From contig OZ024741.1 in assembly GCA_964016885.1 (NCBI GenBank), positions 98,208,001 through 98,272,000 of the forward strand: DNA of 64,000 nucleotides, given 5' to 3'. The translations under genes were made by a program, and so were the position numbers. Below, piece by piece: positions 55,335 through 64,000 of the stretch. Below the pieces are notes generated by a model. The model was given only the letters and a program-made list of their open reading frames with translations, was not told where the DNA came from and ran no database searches. Within the stretch, counting starts at the first letter, position 1. Each line of letters starts with the position of its first letter. The stretch is from Eledone cirrhosa. Its lineage: Eukaryota.

Positions 55335-56220
55335 TGAATTTAGGCGATGTCTACAAGAACTAAATAAATTCGTCCTTACATTAATAGAGTTCTTAGATTT
55401 AAGTATGAAGAAAATTTCCTCAACACACAATTTGCAAAATCTAGATAAAGCTGTGTTACGGTATGCGGGTGCTTCCGAAACTATTTCTCAAGTTAAAGAA
55501 TAGTCCATATTCTTGCATTTTAAGTTCCATATCAGGTGTGAAAGAGAAGTTGAAGATTTGTTATCAAGTCTTTGGAAAGAGGATTTGTGATTATTCCAAC
55601 AAATTTTAAATTCTGTAGAAGTTGCACCTACATATTTAAATATATTATCACTGATTTTGACTGTACATTTATAGACCACGTCCTTATCTAAGCACATATT
55701 TTTTAAAGGACAGTTTCATTTAATTCTACAGTTACATTTTGCGGAGTTGGTGTTATTCGGAACGGTACTATTATGTAGGATATTACTAGAGATATTACTG
55801 CTATTTTGATTATGGTTTAAATTTCTATTATTGATTCTATTTATATTTTGTGCTATGTTCATAGTAGTAGATTAAGATAGTTTTATTGTATGTCTGTTAA
55901 AGATTAAGTGGTATCTATGGGCTTTAGGAAAACATTTATTTAGTGCTTTAACGAATAGCTTTGCTAAAGGTGTTTTAACGCTTAATGAGAATGGGGGTGG
56001 GTACCAAATAATATTTCTAGTTCTATTTTTTCTGTTAGTTTTAGAGTTTAAGTTAGATATTTTATTGAAATTATTAGTAGGGTTATTTGCCTTATCACTG
56101 TTGTCGATGTATTTAATCTTATTTACATAGCCTGCTCTATTTAAAGCTTCATTACAATATTCTGCCTTATCGACAAAAATGTGTTTATTAGCGGAGATGC
56201 GTGAAATACATTGTTGGATA
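55335..56220 (-). pseudogene. PLE linker and GIY-YIG endonuclease remnant
   Basis: IIWYPPPFS..CFPKAHRYHLIFN, CNC..CP, CLDKDVVYKCTV..KYVGATSTEFK..NH, LCVEEIFFI..LNVRTNL..CRH. Confidence 0.85.
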
Positions 56221-56811
56221 GAATTTACGTTTTTAAAATATATAAATATAAATATTCTTATTAACTCAGTTAACTTAATTTAATTTAACTTAATATTTAC
56301 TTACATTAAATATAAACCAATATCCTCATAACTCATTAAAACAATTATCTATAAGACGATATACCCATCTATCCATTTATTTATCTATTTATCTATTTAT
56401 TGATCTATTTTTCTATTTATTTTTCTATCTATTTTTCTATCTATTTATTTTTCTATCTACTTATAACAGTAAATATTATATTAGAAAAGAATTTTAACAA
56501 CTAATTAATCGTAAATACACGTACCATTAGTAGATATATACTTGAAATATATTCCCCCAAATTAACGTTACATGAGTTCTATTCATCCTCTTGTTAATTT
56601 CTTCTCTCTATCTCTCTCGTAATATTTTTTTTCTCTCTCTTTCTCCAGTGTCATTTAAATAAACGGTTGTTTTTCAATTATCTACATATTCATTTGCATA
56701 TTCACACATAACTTTGAATAATCCCTAATATATTTCTACTATCCAGTGAATTTCCAACCAATAAGGTATGATTTTCATGGGTATGTTTCTATTTATAAAA
56801 CAAACTTTGTA

Positions 56812-56872
56812 TTTTATCTGATGAAAGCGTACTAATGTTGTCTTTGTTGCCCTTGAAATATATATAATAAAA
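56812..56872 (+). ncRNA. Type-I hammerhead motif in pLTR
   Basis: TTTTAT-CTGATGA-AAGCGTAC...GTTGCCCTT-GAAA-TATATATA^-ATAAAA; the mirror copy at about 54127-54188 reads CTAATGA. Confidence 0.72.
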
Positions 56873-57073
56873 TAAATATGGTTTTATAAATATAGTTTCC
56901 ATTTATTTAATATCATTGAATATTTACTCCAGTAACTGTTGAGTGCTCTAAATCAGTTATAAACATTTATGTTTGTCGGACTTCCAACAAATTAAATACA
57001 ACTTCTACTTATATATATATATAAAACATTAAAAGGAAAACAGAGTCATGATATAAGTCAATATATATATATG

Positions 57074-59310
57074 ACGAGACAGAGGCACAGTTCACCATAG
57101 CTAGAAATAAGATAGACAAATAGTAGACCGGTAGGAAACTTGGGAGGAAACCTGGGAGGAAACCTGTAGAAGGCTTCGTTAGCCTCAAGCAGCCTACAAG
57201 GGATGGTGAGGTAGTATGTCTACCCACGGATAAGTCTGGTAGGATGTAAATAGATAGCATGCCGAACTACATCAAGGCTATGCAACCCCACATCACCAAC
57301 ACGAGCGAAATTGCACAGCAAATACATGATGGGAGAGAGAAAATCCTCAACGCTCGCATCATGATGTGGACCGACATCCTAAAGCCAAGCAGACGCACTG
57401 CCAACAACTTCCAGGCGTCTAACAATGGCATACCACCCTTGTATGGGCTCCGCAAAGACCACAAGACAGTCGACAACCCGACAACAGGACCACCAACAAG
57501 ACCCGTATGCGGAGCTAATATAGCTAGCAACTACAGGATCTCCTACTTCCTCTCAATGGTTATACGCCCCATAATCAAGATGTCCACAGATGTATGTGAC
57601 AGTACAGAGGACCTCCTCAGCAGAATCAGTGAGTGCAACAAAAACAGGAACCTATCCAACTGCATAATAGGCAGCATGGATGTGGTATCACTGTACCCAT
57701 CCATTAACATTGTTTTGCTGTGGAAAAATGTGTGGAGATGATCATTGAGAGTGAGGTGGAGTTCTGCGACGTCGACACAGACGAACTGGGCCTCCTACTT
57801 AGACTTACCTACGACACTGAATACCTAGACAGCCATGACCTTAGACGTTTCTGCCCCAGTAGACCCATAAGAGGTAGACCCCCCCACCATAACCTCAATG
57901 GCTAAAAAGACTCCCATCGGAAGGTGGATTGGGTGGACCAAAGCTATACGGACCCCCAAAACAATGATCAGGTAAGAAAAATGGTCGCACATGCAATAGA
58001 AGCTAGTATCAAAACTACCCTAAAGAGCCACATATTTAAGTTCAACGAGAAGATCTACACCCAAAATGAGGGAGCAGCCATTGGCGTCAGCATAGCTGGT
58101 GACGTTGCCAACCTTTTTATGGTATGGTGGGAAAGGAGACTTAAAGATCTCCTTAATGAGAGCGCCATAGACCTCATCATGTACTCTCGTTACGTAGACG
58201 ATATCAATATAGTTATAAGAACATCCCCACAAGAGAGCACTAACAAGTTGGATTTAGAACGTAGCACAAAGGAAAGCATCCAGCAGATAGCTATTTCCAT
58301 ACACCAGAGTATAACTGTAACTATCGACTACCCTTCCAAACACCCTAACAATAGACTACCTGTATTAGACACGGAACTCTGGATTAACACTATAGACGAG
58401 AGAGCCCAAATTCTCCACTCACACTATGCTAAACCCATGGCCTGCAAATACCTGATACTCAAAAACTCAGCAATGTCCAGTAGTGCTAAGTTTAATATTC
58501 TGATCGCAGACTTGGTACGAGTGATGAAGAACGTGTCCCGCATATGCGACCCAACAGAAATGGAAAGACACATCCAACACTTCAGCAACCGCATGCAGTT
58601 CTCTGGCTACAACCAAAGAGACAGAGTCAAAGTATACGAAGGAGCCACGGAGAAGTATAAGACCCTCATAGAACTTGACATGAAAGGAATTTGCCCATTA
58701 TACAGGAGCAAATCATGTAATAGCTTAGATAGGGCTAGACATAAGATAGGGAAAGCCACCTCATGGTACGACAACCAGAGATACCAGAGTGTCATTTTGT
58801 GGACGCTACCCCTGGAGGGAAATTAGCAAACCAGTGTAGAAAGGCCCTGAGAAAGACCCACTTAAAGATTAAGGTGGTAGAAAAGCCAGGAACCGCCATA
58901 AAATCCCTGATCAGCTAAACCTACCCTTTTAAGAAAACCCACTGTACTAATAGGAAATATATCATATGTAAGGTAAACCCCCGGATAAACTGTAAAACTA
59001 GAAACGTAGTCTATAGCATAAGATGTACAGAGGGTACTTGCAGAAACATGACAACAACATACATAGGCGAGACAGCTCGTAGCATAGGTGAAAGGATAGA
59101 CCAACACTGGGGGAACTAAAAGGACGAAAAAACGGTTCAGTACTATGCGAACATGCCAGACAAAAACACGACGGTAACATAGACAACATAGAAATAATAG
59201 AATAATATCTAAATATAGAAATGACCCAGCAGATAGGCAAATCAGAGAGGCCAGTGAAATAGAACTTAGAAGGCCAAGGCTAAACAGAAAGAATGAATGG
59301 AATAACAACA
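57074..59310 (+). pseudogene. PLE reverse transcriptase-GIY-YIG ORF, frameshifted
   Basis: PTDKSG, LYGLRKDHK, TRPVC, SMDVVSLYPSI, GAAIGVSIAGDVANLFM, RYVDDI, LPVLD, NVVYSIRC..YIGETARSIGERIDQH. Confidence 0.93.
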
Positions 59311-59617
59311 ACACCCAAACAAACAACACTGACCTAAGAGAAGTATAAATAAATAAATAAATAAATAGATAAATAAATAAATAAATACATACACAAGCAC
59401 AATAACAACACACACATATAAACACACACTAGTAAAGATAGAATACATTAACCAATACACAGTCACCCAATCACGAACACACATCAAACAAAACACTATA
59501 CACACACGCAAACGCATGCGCAAAGAAGACAACATAAAATAAACAAATAAATAAATATATAAACAGACTAAATAAAGACGGCGTAGAAAATCCAATGCAA
59601 CGGGAGGAAACAATAGC

Positions 59618-59659
59618 ACCACTGACGATGTTGCAGATGTGCAACGAAAGAACTTTGAT
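59618..59659 (+). ncRNA. Minimal type-I hammerhead motif
   Basis: ACCA-CTGACGA-T GTTGCA GATG TGCAAC-GAAA-GAACTT^-TGAT; one mismatch in stem I. Confidence 0.75.
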
Positions 59660-59862
59660 AAACTATATATATGTGTTTGTGTCTATATTGTATCTGTATT
59701 ATTTGTTACTGTTGGTCAGTCAATGGAAACATTGAGGACCGAATAAATTAGATTACCGATATAAAAGACACAGAAGCGAAAAGCGAAAACCAACCAAACA
59801 GTGAGTGTGTTCTGTTATTAATTCTGGCAATATTACACAAATATGACCCTCCCCAAGTATAA

Positions 59863-59910
<48 letters not shown>

Positions 59911-60419
59911 TGACTGATGAATAGCTTATGTTAATTTTAACCCTTCTGTTGAGAACTCTATTCGATTTGTGATGTTTTTGCATTCTTGCAAAAATATACG
60001 CAACTGAATTTATTCGCCTGATATAGGGGCTGCCTCCCTTGCCGATCCCCACGTGGAGTCAGCAATAGTCAGTCCTTGTATTAACATTGAACTAAAACCT
60101 GTTGAGAAAGTGGCTTCCTTGTTCAATCATCTTACCAGAAGCCTGACATTATTTATGTAAGCGGACGGTACTTGATTTAGGAGCCGCAGAAACCCAAATA
60201 CTGGATTTTTCCAGGGGTCCGGGTAAATTTTCAATACCCGAATTACTTGATCGTTTTTTGGGCTATGCGAATGATTGTTTAACCATCGTCTCAGTGTGTT
60301 TGGCCTTTAACGTTTGTTATAGCTCTGGTTCATCTGAATCATTGAGCCTCACATCTCGTAGGTTGTTTTTCGTTATTTCGTGGGCCGAAATGCGAATCTC
60401 GCGAATCTCGATAATTTAT

Positions 60420-60460
<41 letters not shown>

Positions 60461-60502
60461 AAAGAACACAAGAACGTCTACAACATCAACAGATTTTTAT
60501 TG

Positions 60503-60547
60503 GCTTACAATGTTTCTTCCTTACGTAACCGTAGGGTTCGTCAGAGC
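60503..60547 (-). ncRNA. Type-I hammerhead motif in a (TA)n-anchored element (about 60457-60825)
   Basis: GCT-CTGACGA-A CCCTACG GTTA CGTAAGG AA-GAAA-CATTGTA^-AGC. Confidence 0.65.
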
Positions 60548-60853
60548 TATAAAAGGGGTTTGATTGGTGTTATGGACTCTACCAACCAAATATTCAAGAA
60601 CAAAGAGTAAAGAGAGTAAAGAGCAAAAGCAGGGGACGATAAGTCTAATTTTGGTGCGGGAGGGTGGGGTTTGGGTCCTTGTTTACTAGCTGTGGTCATA
60701 TTCATTCCCGGGAGTCGAGTGGTTAGCTGAGCCATAGATGGGGTGGCGTCGATAGTAGGGTGCAGAGGGTGTGCAGAGGCTACACACACACAAAAAACAT
60801 ACAATATATATATAATATAATGGAGGAGGTAATTAGAAATGGAAAAAGAGTAA

Positions 60854-61015
60854 TAATTGTTTCTACTTTTGGCACCAGGCCAGCAATTATCCCAGTGCAT
60901 TACTGGTACTTTATTTTATCGACCCCGTAAGGATGAAAGGCAAAGTTAACCTCGGCGGGATTTGAACTCAGATCATAAAGGCGCCCGACCCTCTACCGAT
61001 ACTGCCAATCCACCA
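60854..61015 (-). mobile_element. tRNA-derived SINE S1
   Basis: B box plus core. Confidence 0.85.
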
Positions 61016-61379
61016 ATGTATAATAAGGCATGGGGAAGATTACACTATAATAAGGTATAGGAGTAAGACTAAGGTAAAATATAAAGGAGGATAAAAGTGA
61101 AAATAAGAATAAAGATAAAAATTATATTTAAAAAATATATAGACAATATATAAAGAAATATAAGCAAGTATTAGGAGGGGAAAACACAATGTAAAAAAAA
61201 CCAATCTTTTCAAACAAAAATATTATAAATATAGGGGGAGAAAACGGGATAGAGAAATATAATCAAATGTGATTATTTGAGAGAATATAAGATGATAATA
61301 GTTATGTCAAGTTTATACATCCTAATAATAAACAATCTGTATATCAGAGTTACACATCCTTCAATTCACCTGCAGGTTC

Positions 61380-61935
61380 AAGCCACGTGGTATAGTCCAT
61401 TGTTCATCCGTGCGGTCATGTGCGTTTGTTTTTGACACCACAGCAGATGCACAAGTTGGTAAATTCCAATGCAGATAGAAATCTATTTTTGCTCACCCAG
61501 ACATTGACGGAGGATCCAATATTCCTAGTTCAATATGTGTGTGGTGTTCTTTTTGTCGCGCAAATCAATCACTTGGTTCAATATTATGGAGTATGGTTTT
61601 CTGGTCTTCGTAACAGTGTCAATGGTTGTATATCTCGAAATCACAAGGATCACAGTACTCCAGTTTGGTGTGAATATCGGTCATCCAACTATGTTGTCGG
61701 TGGTTGGATTCAATTCTATTGCCCCGAACGTAGAACTTTGGTGTCGATTGAACATTAACGAGGCAGAGTAAGATCGCATCTGTGGTGCAAAACGGTACGC
61801 AATGAAATTCTTCGTCTTCGTTTCATCCGGGTCCAGCAGTCACGTGCAAGAACCGCTACGTAGTAATTGTGAGGGTAATCGGTCAAGATAGCAACTTACC
61901 GAGGATTCTCTTAGGAATTCAGACAGGCATAACAG
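61380..61935 (+). pseudogene. Decayed Gypsy integrase remnant
   Basis: Ordered eroded motifs VGKF..FAHPDI, GCISR, IQF..ELWCRL and LPRILLGIQT. Confidence 0.45.
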
Positions 61936-62005
61936 GTACATTTAGGTCAGCAGTTTCTTTATGTGTACGTGTGTCCGATACACACAGACACATATTTATA
62001 CGTAG

Positions 62006-62050
<45 letters not shown>

Positions 62051-64000
62051 TTATATGAAGTTAGATGGCCACCTTGATGCATGGATTGATAAGGAGTTGA
62101 GAGAATGTTTTGCCGACACTTTACACATTAAGCAACATATAGCTAAACATATCGTACTACTTAATAGCTACGAGTATGGACATTGATAGAAATGGATACG
62201 TACGATAAATGTTGATCTTATAGGTCACCGATATCTTAGTAATATTTTACTGCCAGTGTAGACTATGATGATTGTTATTTAATATTTATTCTGGCTACAT
62301 TTTCATCACTTACGTTCACATCTCCCAGATTTGATAAGCTCCGAAAAATCACTATTGGTGACAGCTTGCTAAAAATCTGAATGAACATATCGTTTATTTT
62401 TTACGAATTTTCTCTCCCGTATTCTCTTTCACCACTGTATAACCTTAACTGTTTTCTCTACAGATGGTTTGTGTCAGGCGTGGTCCACACATACATGGCT
62501 TTTCCCAGAACCTATTATATATTTTTATTATTTTTATTATTTCATATCTATTTTATTTTATATATCTTCTCAACATTAGATTTTGCTTTTTGGGGTAATA
62601 TATGGTATATTTTATTTTTATCTTGTTCAATGATTTTGTATAATACTTACATGTGTGGATTGGTTGAGAAAGTGAAATGTTTCACTTTTTTTATACGCCG
62701 TGTTAAAACATATTCCGTCTTATCAATAGAACAATAACCTGGTTTATATTTCACTAATTTATTGTTGTTTTTGTCTTGCCCTTCTGATATTTTTTTTTTT
62801 TTACATTTAGTACTTTTTCCTATTTCTTTACTGTGAAACCTTACTTTCTGTAATGAGAAAGCGCTGTTTTACAGCTCTTGTAAACTTCCTCGTCTCTAAT
62901 CGATAGATAATACTAAACTTTTAAGTCCTCTACAGACTACTTGCATATGCTCGCTGGAGTGGTGGGATAAGTCTGTGTAAAGCAATCAATTTGAGTCAGT
63001 TTCGAATACTAGCTTAATTGTTTCTCTTAAATCTATGTTTGTAAACGTCCTTTCTATCTAAAATGGTTACACATTCGCAATATATTCTTCATATTCCTTG
63101 GGATATGTTATAAACCAAATCAAAATCTCCTTTCTGGAATCACATCGAGTTTATTGATTAAGCAACTACAAGCCGGTTGCTTAATCTGCGAGAAATATCA
63201 GTCAAATCACACACTGATATCTTAAAAAAGAAACACAAAAATTGGGTTATGTAGTCCCCGGTACCTTACGATTGAAAGGCAGAAGATATTACAACAGACG
63301 CAAAGCCTCTCCTGTAGATTATAACTGAAGACTGGAACAAACATCATCACCTCGACAACAGAAATCATGAGAGAACCGCAATCATTTCTATAAGCCAATG
63401 AGTAAGCTTTTACGCGTTGAATCGATCTACCAGAAATAGAAAACAAATATTACACAAATCATACCCTTTTGCCTTAATAAACAAATTTCACCTTGAGTCA
63501 TATATCCTTGAAAATAGACAAGATGATTATAGATAGAATACATTTGATCACATATGTGCCGGTTCGAGGCTTATCATGTGATAAATAACATAAGGGAAAT
63601 TGAGATTCTGTTCGGTCATTCCACATGCTATAAATATCAGCAAAACCCCATACAAGATGCTCAAGGAATTAAAGAGGTTTTATATACAATTCCTTAAAAT
63701 AAAAGGCGTTGTGCTCATAGCCAGAACGACTGATGTGGCGCTAAATCACAGAGGAAACAATCTAATACAGTAATATTCAGGTGAATGCTGACGAAATTTA
63801 GAAACTGCTATTTTTAGAAAGAACAATTATAATAGAAATATCAAAAGCTTGGCATTTTCGAATTATTACATTCTATTATGTCTGACGTAAAACTGTACTT
63901 CAGAAAGCGGTTATTCAAATAAGAGCAAATATGTTCTTGTAAAAGGTGAAAGATTTATTCTCATCAAAGGCAGCTTAATCTCACATGCTAGTGAGTTGAA

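Larger units (their letters stand above)
54082..57009 (-). mobile_element. 5'-truncated Penelope-like element with inverted pLTR arms
   Basis: 54082-54835 is inverted at 56238-56918; ORF remnant in between; HHR motif in each arm; flanked by TA runs. Confidence 0.88.
57074..59770 (+). mobile_element. Penelope-like retroelement (RT, GIY-YIG and 3' HHR), 5'-truncated
   Basis: Coding remnants followed by an A/C-rich 3' UTR, a hammerhead and AATAAA. Confidence 0.92.

Noticed and set aside
59930-60400. Possible non-LTR RT remnant on the minus strand
   Set aside because: Only faint motif resemblance, not enough to call

Overview
AT-rich, microsatellite-saturated animal DNA made almost entirely of transposable-element debris. 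The repeat landscape and SINE type resemble cephalopod (octopus-like) genomes; this is an inference. No convincing host gene is present. Recognisable elements: two Helitrons (one with Rep/PIF1 remnants); a Ty3/Gypsy LTR element with intact LTRs, a 4-bp TSD and a tRNA-Trp PBS, whose pol is replaced by an inverted duplication plus a captured 18S rRNA fragment; three Penelope-like element (PLE) remnants; RTE/R4/L1-type LINE remnants; and many tRNA-derived SINEs. The main signal not shown by the ORF track is a dense set of minimal type-I hammerhead ribozyme (HHR) motifs in several unrelated repeat families. The best case is a 466-468-bp tandem array (44801-47150) with five identical HHRs on the minus strand and a terminal inversion, i.e. 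a candidate retrozyme. Many fold-back-plus-tail elements sit in (TA)n runs. All calls were made by eye, and repeat boundaries are approximate unless termini are quoted.
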